This document shows, piece by piece, positions 8,815 through 18,598 of a stretch of 64,000 bases of DNA; positions within the stretch are counted from its first letter, which is position 1, and every line of letters begins with the position of its first letter. The notes under the pieces were generated by a model that did not search any database, was not told where the DNA came from, and worked only from the letters and a program-made list of their open reading frames with translations. A program made the position numbers and the translations under genes. Origin of the DNA: Chthoniobacterales bacterium (GTDB lineage: Bacteria > Verrucomicrobiota > Verrucomicrobiia > Chthoniobacterales > UBA10450); NCBI GenBank assembly GCA_025929155.1, contig JAICMR010000002.1, positions 3,511-67,510 on the forward strand, written 5' to 3'.

Positions 8815-9354
8815 ATGGAAAGAGTCGGTTTCAAGGAATGGGCGCTAGTCTGCGCGGCGCTTGGCGACGGCCGCCAGAGCGTCATCATCCGGAAAGGCGG
8901 GATCGCGGAAGGCCGCGCCGGCTTTCAGTTCCGGCATCGGGAGTTCTTCCTTTTCCCGACATTTTTTCACGAGCAGCTTAGCCGGACCCGGCTAACGGAT
9001 GCGGTTTTGCCGGAGCAATTAACTAACGAGGTCGAGATCCGCTTCTACACAAAGATCGAGGAGACACGAGAGGTCGATGATTGGGAAAAGGCTTGCGCAC
9101 TCGAGCCGCTGCACGTGCTGAACGAAAGCGTGGTGCGTGAGCGGTTCGACTACGGCGATGCGCCGGGCGTGCAGGTCGCTTTCGTGCGGGTGTTCCGAGT
9201 TGCACCGGCCTGGCGGTTCCCGGAGTCGCCGCGCTATCGCGGGTGCCGGTCGTGGATCGAGTTGCCGGAGCCGTCGGTCGATTCCCATCTCGATCCTGTG
9301 CTTTCGGATCAGGAACAGGATCAGAGACGAGCGCAGTTCCGCGCCTTGGTCTGA
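8815..9354 (+). CDS. DUF1802-family protein
   Basis: 179-aa ORF. N-terminus GFKEWALVCAALGDGRQSVIIRKGGIAEG resembles the DUF1802 signature as I recall it. Confidence 0.7.
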   Translation: MERVGFKEWALVCAALGDGRQSVIIRKGGIAEGRAGFQFRHREFFLFPTFFHEQLSRTRLTDAVLPEQLTNEVEIRFYTKIEETREVDDWEKACALEPLHVLNESVVRERFDYGDAPGVQVAFVRVFRVAPAWRFPESPRYRGCRSWIELPEPSVDSHLDPVLSDQEQDQRRAQFRALV

Positions 9355-9454
9355 CGGTGCAGCTTGGTCTTGCACTTCCGGGGAGGACGGAGTGCCAACC
9401 CGTTGCGCGCCCGGAGCCTCGCGGCGGCCGTCTGTGAGTAAAAGCTGCGTCGCG

Positions 9455-10516
9455 TTATCGGCTCGCGGTCAAGTGCGCGAGCGCTTCGATCTCGGCGGTC
9501 TGTGGGAACATGTCGAACGGCGTCACGCTGCGCAGCGTGAACACGCCGCTGGTCTCCGCCAGGTCGCGCGCCAGCGTCGGAGGATTGCACGAGACGTAAA
9601 GCAGCGTCGCCACCGGATAGGATTGCAAAATTTGGCGAACGTCTGGAGTTAAGCCGGTTGCGGGCGGATCGACAATCACTGTCGTTAGACCGAGCTCGGC
9701 GCGACTCAACTCGAGCTCGAGGCGCTGCGAGAGATCGCCCGCGAAGTAGTGCTCCTTAGGCGCGGCCCCGCTCTCGGCGGCGGCGATCGCGTGAATGTCC
9801 CAATCGAGGCCGACGATGCGTGCAAATTTTTCCCGGAGCCGCTTCGCAAAAAAACCAGCGCCGCAGTAGGCGTCGATCAGGAGCGTTTGCGCGGGCGGAA
9901 TCAACTCGCCAATTGCTTCGGCAAGTTGCGCGGCGACGGCGTCATTCGTCTGCGAGAAAACGCGCGGACCGCCGTGCGCGCGCAAGGTGTAATGTCCATC
10001 GCGCGGCCGGCGCTGACGCAGCGAGGCCAGCTCCGCGTTGACTTCCGGCGAAGAGATTGGGCATCGCTCGATGTCGATGAGGCGATGCGAATCCCGCCGG
10101 AAGAATCCGATGACGCCCTCCTCGACGTGAACCGTGACGCGATTGCGATAGCCATAATCGAGCGGTGACGGGACGATCCGTTGCAGCGGCGGCTCGCGAA
10201 ATTTCCCAATCCGCTGCAGGGCCTGCGCGACCTGCCATTCTTTCCAATGCAGTTGATGGGCATAGCTTATGTGCTGATAGACGCAGCCGCCGCAGCGTCC
10301 GAAGTAGGGGCATTCGGGCGCGACGCGTTCCGGCGACGTTTCCTCCAGGCTAACGACTTCAGCCTCGGCGAAAGATTTCTTCTCGCGCGTGATCCGTGCC
10401 GCGACGCGTTCCCCTTCGATCGTGAACGGCACAAAGACGGCTTTTCCCTCGAAGCGACCAACCCCTTTGCCGCCAAACGCGATATCGTCGATTCGCAGTT
10501 CCACTTCGCGTTCCAT
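9455..10516 (-). CDS. TRAM-domain, SAM-dependent 23S rRNA (uracil-5)-methyltransferase (RlmD/RumA family)
   Basis: N-terminal TRAM (IDDIAFGGKGVGRFEGKAVFVPFTIEGERV), Cys cluster CPYFGRCGGCVYQH, methyltransferase motif LIDAYCGAGFF, C-terminal YVSCNPPTLARD. Confidence 0.85.
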   Translation of the reverse strand: MEREVELRIDDIAFGGKGVGRFEGKAVFVPFTIEGERVAARITREKKSFAEAEVVSLEETSPERVAPECPYFGRCGGCVYQHISYAHQLHWKEWQVAQALQRIGKFREPPLQRIVPSPLDYGYRNRVTVHVEEGVIGFFRRDSHRLIDIERCPISSPEVNAELASLRQRRPRDGHYTLRAHGGPRVFSQTNDAVAAQLAEAIGELIPPAQTLLIDAYCGAGFFAKRLREKFARIVGLDWDIHAIAAAESGAAPKEHYFAGDLSQRLELELSRAELGLTTVIVDPPATGLTPDVRQILQSYPVATLLYVSCNPPTLARDLAETSGVFTLRSVTPFDMFPQTAEIEALAHLTASR

Positions 10517-10567
10517 CGGCAGACGTTCGGTGAAACCTGGCGCGCCGTCGAGAAGAGCGAAAGCGCA

Positions 10568-10694
10568 GTTACCGAACGAAGGCCGAGGAATTCAGGTGGC
10601 AGCACAAAGCTTCCGACGTCACCTGTCTTCGGACGGTGATTTTCCCGTAGCGCCACGGGATTCCTCCACTTAGCTACGCTTCGCTCCGAATGAC
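10568..10694. repeat. Palindromic intergenic element (GTTACCGAACGAAGG...GAGGAATTC left arm; GGGATTCCTCC...CGCTTCGCTCCGAATGAC right arm)
   Basis: Reverse complement of the right arm is GTCATTCGGAGCGAAGCGTAGC...GGAGGAATCCC, the same family as 23877, 34047 and 35052. Lies between the rlmD-like start and the TPR gene 3' end. Confidence 0.55.
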
Positions 10695-10714
10695 GGCGGT
10701 GGAATTCGCCCTTG

Positions 10715-11341
10715 TTACAGCAGTGCCTGCAACGTCTTCAGGTCGGGATCGTTCTTGGCGATCGCGCGAAAGCTTTCGTCCATTTGGAAGCTGATCTGCA
10801 AATGCTTGCGCGCGTCGTGTGCATTTCCGAGGAGTGCCTCGTAACAACCCATGTTGTAATAATAAATCGGTTCGCGCCGCAGGGCTGACGGACCTTTCAG
10901 CAGCATCTGGCGCGCCTCGGCAGTTTTCCCGAGTTGGTTCAAACAAAAGCCGGCGTGCAGATAGCCGGCACCGCACTCGGGCGCGACGCGGCAAAGCTTG
11001 CGACTGAGGGTGAGCGCGCGTTTCCAGGAGCTGCGCTGCATCGTGTGGTGTAAGCGCAGCAACAAAACTTCCGGGCGCTCCTGTTCTTCGGCGGAAAGGC
11101 GATTCAGTTCGGCGAGCGACTCCCGCGCCATTCCGAGTTCGGCGTAGCCGCAAGCCGAGCGTAAATGCCACTCAAACTTCATCTGCTCTGCTAAAGCAAA
11201 GGACGCGCCAAGCCGCGCGAGATTGTGCCAGTGGCGGCCGCGCGATTTGCTCAAGTGATCCGCTGCATTAACCGCAAGGGACGCAGAGAGAGCGCAGAGG
11301 AGAGAAGCAAACGCAGCTGTCACTGCGGTCTCTGCGCTCAA
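10715..11341 (-). CDS. Secreted TPR-like hypothetical protein
   Basis: 208-aa ORF with TTG start. The N-terminus is signal-peptide-like (AFASLLCALSASLAVNAA) and the C-terminal half is TPR-like. An alternative ATG start at 11182 cannot be excluded. Confidence 0.5.
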   Translation of the reverse strand: MSAETAVTAAFASLLCALSASLAVNAADHLSKSRGRHWHNLARLGASFALAEQMKFEWHLRSACGYAELGMARESLAELNRLSAEEQERPEVLLLRLHHTMQRSSWKRALTLSRKLCRVAPECGAGYLHAGFCLNQLGKTAEARQMLLKGPSALRREPIYYYNMGCYEALLGNAHDARKHLQISFQMDESFRAIAKNDPDLKTLQALL

Positions 11342-11356
11342 AGAAATACGCAGGCT

Positions 11357-13156
11357 TCAAAGCAGCGTTTCGAGCTCAGCGATCCGGCGTTCGAATAACC
11401 GCAGTGTGCTCTCAACCGGCCCCGGTGTGGTCATGTCCACGCCCGCAGTCTGCAACGTCTCGAGCGGAAACTTCGATCCGCCCGATTTCAAAAAACCGAG
11501 ATACGCTTCGACCGCGCCCGGCAACTTCCCGAGGACGCGTTCGGTGAGCGCGATCGCAGCGGAAACGCCGGTCGCGTATTTGTAAACGTAGAATGCGCTG
11601 TAGAAATGCGGGATGCGCAGGCACTCGAGATCGAGCTGCGGATCGAGCACGACCGCATCGCCGAAATAAGTTTCGAGCAACCGGCGATACTCGGTCTTGA
11701 AGACATCGAGCGTGAGCGCCTCTCCACTTTCCTCGATTGCGTGGATGATCTTCTCGAACTCGGCAAACATCGTTTGCCGATAGAGCGTGCCGCGAATGTC
11801 ATCAATCTGGCGATTAATAATGTAAGCGCGCATTTTCGGATCGTCGGTCTGCTCGAGCAGGTGATGCGTGAGCAGCTCCTCGTTAAAAGTCGAAGCGACT
11901 TCCGCGAGAAAAATCGGATAATCCGCATCCTGGTAAAGTTGCGAGCGTTGCGCAAACCAGGTGTGCATCGAATGCCCGGCCTCGTGCGCGAGCGTGTAAA
12001 CGTCGGAGAAGACGTCCGTCTTGTAGTTCATCAGGATGTAAGGGGGCGCGCCGTAGCTCCCGCTGGAAAAGGCGCCGCTCCGTTTTCCTTTCGATTCATA
12101 GCGATCGCACCAGCGCCCGCGCAGGCCTTGGCCTAACGAATCGACATATTCGCCGCCCAGTGGTCCGAGCGAGGCCAGCACTTTCTCGATCGCTTCGTCG
12201 AACGAAATCTCTGTCTCGATTTCCGCTACCAGCGGCACGTAGGTGTCGTAATGATGCAGCTCGTTCAGGCCGAGCACTCGCCTTCGCAGCTCGTAGTAGC
12301 GAAAAAGCGGCTGCAGATTTTGCCTGACGGATTCGATCAGGTTGTCGTAAACCGCGACCGGAATGTCGTCCCGGAAAAGCGAAGCTTCGCGCGCCGAAGG
12401 ATAATTTCGGACGCGGGCGCGGAAAACATCCGCTTTGACCGAATAGGAAAGCGCTGCTGCGAGCGTGAATTGGTGATCCTGAAACTCCTCATAAAACTGA
12501 TGGAAGGCGCGTTTCCGCAGCGCGTGATCGCGCTTCACGAGGAAAGAGCTGAATGAACTCTGGGTGAGCGGCCGCTCGTCGCCCTGCTCGTCGATCAGCA
12601 CGCCGAACTTCATGTCCACATTCGTGAGTTGCGAGAATGCGTCGTCGTAGCCGTCGAGGGCGGAGCTGCCAAGCGCGAGCAGGCGTTCCTCTTTTTCGGA
12701 GAGGACGTGCGGCTTCATCCGCCGAATCTTGCGGAGGCTCGTGCGCCAGTCTTTTAACGCGGGATCATCGAGAAACTTTGCGAACGTTTCATCGTCGATC
12801 GCCTGGATTTCCGGACCGCTGAAAGCGGTTGCTTCACCGATCGTAGTCAGCAGGTTTTGCAGCTGACCCATCCGTGCGAGATATTCTGGATTCGCACCGT
12901 CTTCGGCGAGCTGGAGCGAGGCAAAATGGTAAACACGCTCGATTTTCAGGTCCAGCGACTTGTCGAATTCGAGCATCTCCGCAAGCGTCGCCGCGGAGTC
13001 GCCGAGCCGGCCTTTCCAAGTCGTTAGGCGGGGAAAATTGGCCTGGACCCAGGCGAAGTCTTCGTTCCACTTATCGGTGTTGGCGAAGAGGAGCGAGAGA
13101 TCCCACTTGTCGGCCTCCGCGATCTGATCGCGCGTCGGTGTCTTTGTTTCGTCCAT
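11357..13156 (-). CDS. pepF: Oligoendopeptidase F (M3B family)
   Basis: Zinc motif [11 protein letters not shown], with family-typical length and sequence. Start set to the ATG at 13156 (MDETKTP...); the ORF-track start at 13174 is a TTG. Confidence 0.9.
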   Translation of the reverse strand: MDETKTPTRDQIAEADKWDLSLLFANTDKWNEDFAWVQANFPRLTTWKGRLGDSAATLAEMLEFDKSLDLKIERVYHFASLQLAEDGANPEYLARMGQLQNLLTTIGEATAFSGPEIQAIDDETFAKFLDDPALKDWRTSLRKIRRMKPHVLSEKEERLLALGSSALDGYDDAFSQLTNVDMKFGVLIDEQGDERPLTQSSFSSFLVKRDHALRKRAFHQFYEEFQDHQFTLAAALSYSVKADVFRARVRNYPSAREASLFRDDIPVAVYDNLIESVRQNLQPLFRYYELRRRVLGLNELHHYDTYVPLVAEIETEISFDEAIEKVLASLGPLGGEYVDSLGQGLRGRWCDRYESKGKRSGAFSSGSYGAPPYILMNYKTDVFSDVYTLAHEAGHSMHTWFAQRSQLYQDADYPIFLAEVASTFNEELLTHHLLEQTDDPKMRAYIINRQIDDIRGTLYRQTMFAEFEKIIHAIEESGEALTLDVFKTEYRRLLETYFGDAVVLDPQLDLECLRIPHFYSAFYVYKYATGVSAAIALTERVLGKLPGAVEAYLGFLKSGGSKFPLETLQTAGVDMTTPGPVESTLRLFERRIAELETLL

Positions 13157-13257
13157 CGTATTTTCTCGCCGCAAAAGCCACTGCTGTCACCCCGCGTCGC
13201 GGCCGGGCCTACAGCGACCTTGTATTCTGCGTTGGCGGTCATCAGAGTGAGAATCTT

Positions 13258-14274
13258 ATGCAAAGCTTGCAAATCGGAATGGTCGGCCTCGGCCGGATGG
13301 GTGGGAACATGGCGCGGCGGTTGATGCGCGCGGGGCACCAGTGCGTCGGGTTCGACTACAGCGCGGAGAGCGTCAACGGCCTCGTCGCGGACGGCGGCGG
13401 CGGCGCAAAGTCGCTCGAAGAACTGGTGCAGAAACTCGCCCAACCGCGCGCCGTTTGGCTGATGGTGCCGGCGGGCGATCCGACTGAGCAGACCGTGCAA
13501 AAGCTGAGCAAGTTGCTCGCGCCTGACGACGTCCTGATCGACGGCGGCAACTCAAACTTCCACGACGACGTCCGTCGCGCGAAGGCTCTCGCCGAGAAAG
13601 GAATACACTACATGGATGTCGGGACGAGCGGCGGCGTCTGGGGTCTCGAGCGCGGCTATTGCCTCATGATTGGCGGCCCGGAAGAAGCTTTCAAAAGGTT
13701 GGAGCCGATCTTCAAAACCCTCGCGCCCGGCCCGAGTGGCATTCCGCCGACTTCCGACGTGACCGCAAACACGACGGCCGCGGAAGGTTACCTGCTCTGC
13801 GGCCGGAGCGGCTCGGGACATTACGTGAAGATGGTCCACAACGGCATCGAATACGGTCTGATGCAGGCCTATGCCGAAGGTTTCGACATTATCAAAAACG
13901 CGACCTGTGACGATCTTCCGGAGGACATTCGCTACAAAATCGATCTCCGCGGAGTCGCCGAGGTCTGGCGGCGCGGCAGCGTGATCACTTCGTGGCTGCT
14001 CGATCTTTCCTCGCGCGCCTTTAATGAAGACGTCGAGCTGAGCGGATTTACCGGTAACGTGGCGGACTCCGGCGAAGGCCGCTGGACGATTCAGGCCGCG
14101 CTCGACCAGGGCGTCCCGGCGGAGGTGCTAACCGCCGCACTCTACACCCGCTTCCGTTCGCGACAGATTCACACTTATGCCGAGAAGGTGCTGAGCGCGA
14201 TGCGCAAAGGCTTCGGCGGGCATGTGGAGAAACCTCCGGTTGTTCCAGTGAAGACGGAATTGCCTGCCGCCTAA
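13258..14274 (+). CDS. gnd: 6-phosphogluconate dehydrogenase, decarboxylating (short Gnd/YqeC-like form)
   Basis: Start re-set to the ATG at 13258 ([22 protein letters not shown], Rossmann GxGxxG), then [17 protein letters not shown]. The ORF-track extension back to 12874 is antisense to pepF. Confidence 0.9.
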   Translation: MQSLQIGMVGLGRMGGNMARRLMRAGHQCVGFDYSAESVNGLVADGGGGAKSLEELVQKLAQPRAVWLMVPAGDPTEQTVQKLSKLLAPDDVLIDGGNSNFHDDVRRAKALAEKGIHYMDVGTSGGVWGLERGYCLMIGGPEEAFKRLEPIFKTLAPGPSGIPPTSDVTANTTAAEGYLLCGRSGSGHYVKMVHNGIEYGLMQAYAEGFDIIKNATCDDLPEDIRYKIDLRGVAEVWRRGSVITSWLLDLSSRAFNEDVELSGFTGNVADSGEGRWTIQAALDQGVPAEVLTAALYTRFRSRQIHTYAEKVLSAMRKGFGGHVEKPPVVPVKTELPAA

Positions 14275-14311
14275 CGAAAGCTGCTCGATAAGATTAAAAG
14301 TACGACGCCCC

Positions 14312-14806
14312 AATGCCAAAATCACGCTGGTCGTGACTGAGGTCGACGGAACGCTCGTCAGCAGTCAAAAAGGAATCACCGAAAGCGCCCACGAAGCGAT
14401 CAAGCCCCTCCACGACGTCAGGATCGGCTTTGCCATCACGAGCGGCAGGTCCGCCGCGCGGGATGAAGATGGATTCCGATGCGGGACTCATCACCGCGCC
14501 GATCGCCGCGTTCAACAACGGTATGCTCGTTCGGCCGGATAACTCGAGAGCCTACTGGCCGCGCGAGGTCGCCGAGCAGGTGATCCCTCGCATTTCCGAG
14601 AATCGTTTGGACGTCTGGCTTTATACCGGGCTCGAATGATGGCCGGCATGCCTAACGACGTCCTGATGTTCCAGGAGAGTGTCTTTGCGATCGCGATGGG
14701 CCAGTCGAGCGACGTAGTGAAAGATGCGGCGGACCGCGTTTCCAGCCGGTTGAACGACGAAGGCTTCGGCCGCCCGGTCGAAGATTTTATCCTCGGCGAT
14801 CATTAG
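14312..14806 (+). pseudogene. Decayed Cof-type (HAD-IIB) hydrolase gene: no ATG, 1-nt frameshift, internal deletion
   Basis: Three frames carry consecutive HAD pieces. They are KITLVVTEVDGTLVSSQKGITESAHEAIKPLHDVRIGFAITSGR (frame of 14333), PPRGMKMDSDAGLITAPIAAFNNGMLVRPDN (frame of 14430) and MPNDVLMFQESVFAIAMGQSSDVVKDAADRVSSRLNDEGFGRPVEDFIL (ends at TAG 14804-14806). An extra T near 14449 (agg-t-ccg) breaks TSGR|PPRGM. The nucleophile Asp is Glu (TEVDGT). Total length is about 165 codons against about 270 for intact family members. Confidence 0.6.
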
Positions 14807-16335
14807 CTGGTTCGCGCTTTCTTGCCGTCGATCAGCAGCAGGGCGCCGAGAGATCCGGCGAGCGCGAGGAGCGCGGCGATCATCATCGTGAGGCGAAAAC
14901 CGCATACGAAAGCCCCCTCGATCGCCTCGGCGGCGGCCTCGCGCTGTGCGGGCGATAGTGCGGCCGGCAACTCGATCGCAGCCAGCTTTTCCTTCTGTGC
15001 CGCGATCTGATCTTTGGAGGCGTTAGGCAAGTTGAGGTGCCCGACGGTTTTCCCGAGCACACGATCGAAAGTCTGCAACATGACGATGCCGAGCACCGCG
15101 ATCGCGAGCAGGCCGGCGGTGCGTGAGACGGCGTTATTCACCCCGGAGGCGATGCCAGCGCGGTTCTGTGGGACGGAGTTCATCACCGTAGTCGTGAGCG
15201 GAGCGACACTTACCGCCATGCCCGCGCCCAGGATGAGCACAGCGGGCAGAAACGTCCGGGCGTAGCTGCCGCCGACGCCGGGCAAAACGAATAGACCGAA
15301 TCCAGCCGCGGCGATGAGCGGGCCGATCACAAGCGGAATTTTGGCGCCGTAACTTTCGACCAGACCGCCCGACCAGCGGGAGAGGACGAAGATGAGCAGA
15401 ATCAACGGCAGGATCGCGGCGCCTGCCTCCGCCGGTGAATAATGCTGCACCTGGATGAGATTGAGTGGCAGGAAAAACATCGTGGCGCTGAGCGCGCCGT
15501 AGAGCAGGAGCGTGAGCAAATTCGCACCGGCAAAAGTCGGCGAGCGAAACAGACCGAGCGGCAGCATCGGATTCTCAACGCGTGCCTCGCGCCAGAGGAA
15601 AGCCGCCACCAGGAACATTGAACCGGCAAGCGTCCCGATGACCGCCGGATGCGTGAAACCAAGCCGTGAAGATTCGATCAAGCCATAGACGAGCGCGCCC
15701 AAACCCAGCGCGGCGAGGAACGCGCCTAACCAATCGAGTGGTTGCTTCGTTTCCGCGGAACTCTCCGGGACGTGCCGGAGCGATAAGGCAATCACGATTG
15801 CAGCCAGCGGCAGGTTGATGAAGAAAACAGCGCGCCAGGAAATTTGCTGCACGAGCCAACCGCCAAGGACGGGTCCAATCGCGGCGGTAATCGCGCTGAA
15901 CCCCGACCACGTGCCGATCGCGCGGCCGCGTTCTTCTTCGCGAAAGGAGCTGCTGATAATCGCGAGGCTGCCGGGCACGAGGAGCGCCCCGCCGAGGCCT
16001 TGGACTGCGCGCGCCGCGATCAACTGGCCGACATTCCCGGCAAGCCCACAGGCAGTCGAGGCTCCGGCGAAGATACCGACGCCCATAACAAAAATCCGCT
16101 GCCGCCCATACTGATCGCCTAACGAACCACCGACGAGCAGAAGTCCAGCGAGGAGAAGCGCGTACGCCTCCACCACCCACTGCACGTCGGTCGCAGTGGC
16201 GTTAAGATTCTTCTGGAGCGCGGGGAGAACGATGTTCACGACCGTCCCGTCGATGAAGGCGAGACTCGAGCCGAGGATGGTCGCGGTCAGCACCCAGGGC
16301 GCCGATTTCCTGGTGCAGAGCGCCTGCGTTGTCAT
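14803..16335 (-). CDS. MFS transporter, DHA2 (EmrB/QacA-like, 14-TMS) family
   Basis: Start re-set to the ATG at 16335 (MTTQALCTRKSAPWVLTATILGSSLAFIDGTVVNIVLP). GSLGDQYGRQRIF motif and multiple TM segments. Sits 40 nt downstream of the Rrf2 gene stop. Confidence 0.85.
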   Translation of the reverse strand: MTTQALCTRKSAPWVLTATILGSSLAFIDGTVVNIVLPALQKNLNATATDVQWVVEAYALLLAGLLLVGGSLGDQYGRQRIFVMGVGIFAGASTACGLAGNVGQLIAARAVQGLGGALLVPGSLAIISSSFREEERGRAIGTWSGFSAITAAIGPVLGGWLVQQISWRAVFFINLPLAAIVIALSLRHVPESSAETKQPLDWLGAFLAALGLGALVYGLIESSRLGFTHPAVIGTLAGSMFLVAAFLWREARVENPMLPLGLFRSPTFAGANLLTLLLYGALSATMFFLPLNLIQVQHYSPAEAGAAILPLILLIFVLSRWSGGLVESYGAKIPLVIGPLIAAAGFGLFVLPGVGGSYARTFLPAVLILGAGMAVSVAPLTTTVMNSVPQNRAGIASGVNNAVSRTAGLLAIAVLGIVMLQTFDRVLGKTVGHLNLPNASKDQIAAQKEKLAAIELPAALSPAQREAAAEAIEGAFVCGFRLTMMIAALLALAGSLGALLLIDGKKARTS

Positions 16336-16375
16336 AAAAAACCGTCCGGACCCGAGCACGCGTCCGTCGGGAAGA

Positions 16376-16792
16376 TCAAGCGGCGCGTCGAACCTTTCGC
16401 AGCAACTTCTGCAAGGTAATTGCCTGTAGATGATCGCGAACCGCTTCCTCCGCGCCTGCGGCAACCTGGCTCATGATTTCGCGCATCGTGCAGCTGACTT
16501 GGCATTTCTTGAAGGCTTTGCGCTCGTTGATCGCGATCACCGGTCGCGGCTGGACCGCGTCGTAGATGTCGAGCAGGGAGATCTCCGTCGGCTTCTTGTT
16601 CATTTTGGTGCCGCCGTTTTTGCCGGTTTGCGTCGCAATGAGCCCGGCGTGGCGGAGCGCGAGAAGCAGACGGCGAATGACTACCGGGTTGGTATTCACG
16701 CTCGCCGCGAGCTGTCGCGAATCCATCGTCGTATCCTCGAACGCGAGCGCTGTGAGGATGTGGACCGCGAAGGTGAACTGCTGGTTAACCAC
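16376..16792 (-). CDS. Rrf2-family transcriptional regulator
   Basis: FTFAVHILTALAFEDTTMDSRQLAASVNTNPVVIRRLLLALRHAGLI is the Rrf2 wHTH pattern. Precedes the MFS gene on the same strand. Confidence 0.85.
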   Translation of the reverse strand: MVNQQFTFAVHILTALAFEDTTMDSRQLAASVNTNPVVIRRLLLALRHAGLIATQTGKNGGTKMNKKPTEISLLDIYDAVQPRPVIAINERKAFKKCQVSCTMREIMSQVAAGAEEAVRDHLQAITLQKLLRKVRRAA

Positions 16793-16901
16793 GGCGCCGA
16801 ATTGTAATCATATTTGTTACGTTCAGCAACGAGCGCCGCGGCTTTTGTTCCATCGCAACTTCGGCATTGCCACTCCCGTGGCGAAAGTTCATGACTGGCG
16901 C

Positions 16902-18395
16902 ATGAGCTGGAAGACACACGCTATGATGCTTGGCATAACGATCGCGCTCGGCGCGGCCGCCCCGGTTTCTCTTGCCGCGCCGGACCTGGAGGCGATCAAG
17001 AGCCAGGTCCTGAAGCAGCACGATCAAGCGCTCAAACGTCTTCAGGACTGGATCGCGCTGCCATCGATCGCGGCCCAAAACCTGAACTACCCCGCGGGCG
17101 CGGAGCTGATGGCGAAAATGCTTAAAGACGCTGGCTTTCAGCGGGCGGAGATCGTGCCAACCGACGGGCAGCCGGGAGTCTTCGCGACCCTCGACGCCGG
17201 CGCTCCGAAAACGGTCGGGCTTTATTTCATGTATGACGTGAAACAGTTCGATCCGAAGGAATGGTCGTCGCCGCCCCTCGCGGGAAAATTGGTCGACAAG
17301 CCGGGGCTCGGACGCGCAATCGTCGGGCGCGGCGCGGTCAACCAGAAAGGCCCGGAATCTGCCTTCCTCGCAGCGCTCCACGCTTTCAAAAACTCCGGCC
17401 AAAAGCTGCCGGTCAACCTCGTGCTGATTGCGGAAGGCGAAGAGGAAATCGGTTCGCCGCACATCGGCCAGATCGTGCACAAAGCGGAAGTGGAAGCCGC
17501 CCTGGCCAAGACGGTTGGCGTATTCATGCCCTCGGCGATGCAGGGCGTGGATGGCACCGTCACCGTCAGCCTCGGCGCCAAAGGCATTATCGAATGCGAA
17601 CTCACTGCGAGCGGCGAAAAATGGGGACGCGGTCCGGCGAAAGACATTCACTCCTCGCTTAAGGCGATGGTGGACAGCCCGGCGTGGCATCTCGTGCATG
17701 CGTTGGATTCATTAGTCTCAGCCGACGGGAACAACATCACGATTGAGAACTATCCGCAGCCGCCGCCCCTGAGCGAGGCGCAGAGGAAGATGATCGACCA
17801 GGCCTCGAAACGTCAGAGCGAAGCGGAACGAAAAAAAATTCTCGGCGTGCGGCATTGGATTGATGACCTCCCGTGGGAAAAAGCGCAGGAACGGCTCGAA
17901 TCCCAGCCGACCGTGAACATCGAAGGACTCGTCGCCGGTTATACCGGGCCGGGAGGCAAAACGATTCTGCCGCACCAAGCCGTTGCAAAACTCGACCTTC
18001 GTCTCGTTCCCGGAATGAAAGCCGCGGACGCCCTCGCAGCCTTAAAAGCGCATCTGGCGAAACAGGGTTTCGGCGACATCGAAGTGAACATGACCGGCGG
18101 TTACGACCCGACCACAACCTCGGCCGATGCGCCGCTCATTCAGGCGCAACTCAAGATCTTGAAAAGCGAGGGGATCGACCCGCTGCTCTGGCCTTGGAAC
18201 GCAGGATCGTATCCTGGTTACGTCTTCACCGGCGAACCGCTCAAGCTGGCTTCCGGCCATTTCGGTCTCGGCCACGGGAGCGGCGCGCACGCGCCGGATG
18301 AGTATTACCTGATCGATTCGACAAACCAGAAAGTGCAAGGCTACGACGGCGCGACCATGTCGTTCGTCGAATATCTCAACGCTCTCGCGAAATAA
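16902..18395 (+). CDS. Secreted M20-family metallopeptidase/dipeptidase
   Basis: Start re-set to the ATG at 16902 (MSWKTHAMMLGITIALGAAAPVSLAAP, a signal peptide), then YFMYDVKQFDP...GRGAVNQKGP...LIAEGEEEIGSP, typical of M20. Confidence 0.8.
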   Translation: MSWKTHAMMLGITIALGAAAPVSLAAPDLEAIKSQVLKQHDQALKRLQDWIALPSIAAQNLNYPAGAELMAKMLKDAGFQRAEIVPTDGQPGVFATLDAGAPKTVGLYFMYDVKQFDPKEWSSPPLAGKLVDKPGLGRAIVGRGAVNQKGPESAFLAALHAFKNSGQKLPVNLVLIAEGEEEIGSPHIGQIVHKAEVEAALAKTVGVFMPSAMQGVDGTVTVSLGAKGIIECELTASGEKWGRGPAKDIHSSLKAMVDSPAWHLVHALDSLVSADGNNITIENYPQPPPLSEAQRKMIDQASKRQSEAERKKILGVRHWIDDLPWEKAQERLESQPTVNIEGLVAGYTGPGGKTILPHQAVAKLDLRLVPGMKAADALAALKAHLAKQGFGDIEVNMTGGYDPTTTSADAPLIQAQLKILKSEGIDPLLWPWNAGSYPGYVFTGEPLKLASGHFGLGHGSGAHAPDEYYLIDSTNQKVQGYDGATMSFVEYLNALAK

Positions 18396-18598
18396 GAGAC
18401 GCCGTCGAGCTTGTGATTGGGATAGTGCAAAAAGGTAACGGGATTGCTTTGTTCTTTGGCTGTCGCGAAACTCGATCCAATGATTGTGCCGGAATGAAAG
18501 CGGCGAGGTGCCATCAAAATTAGTCGCTTCAGGCCTCAAGCGGTCGCGGAATTGCTGGGTTGAGAGTTGGCTCCAAGCTTGTCAGCCTAACGACTGAC

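Noticed and set aside
8225-12131. Motif-free tracts as signs of horizontally acquired DNA. The tracts are 8225-12131, 60561-63990, 52585-55256 and 16126-18585.
   Set aside because: With a mean spacing of about 0.94 kb and 68 gaps, one gap of about 3.9 kb is expected by chance under exponential spacing. The tracts contain ordinary housekeeping-type genes and several one-mismatch copies.
12874-13257. N-terminal extensions given by the ORF track for gnd and many other genes. The others are modC, the MFS transporter at 14803-16335, the M20 peptidase, the aldo/keto reductase, the ORF at 22165, dapB, LysE, the giant protein, the CHAT protein, hpt, nrdR and the cupredoxin-like protein.
   Set aside because: The extensions overlap neighbouring genes or are Arg-rich junk. 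Internal ATGs give canonical N-termini, signal peptides or ATGA coupling with the upstream stop.
14440-14460. Programmed +1/-1 frameshift in the HAD gene
   Set aside because: There is no slippery heptamer. There is also a second frame change, a missing start codon, a mutated nucleophile and an internal deletion. Together these indicate a pseudogene.
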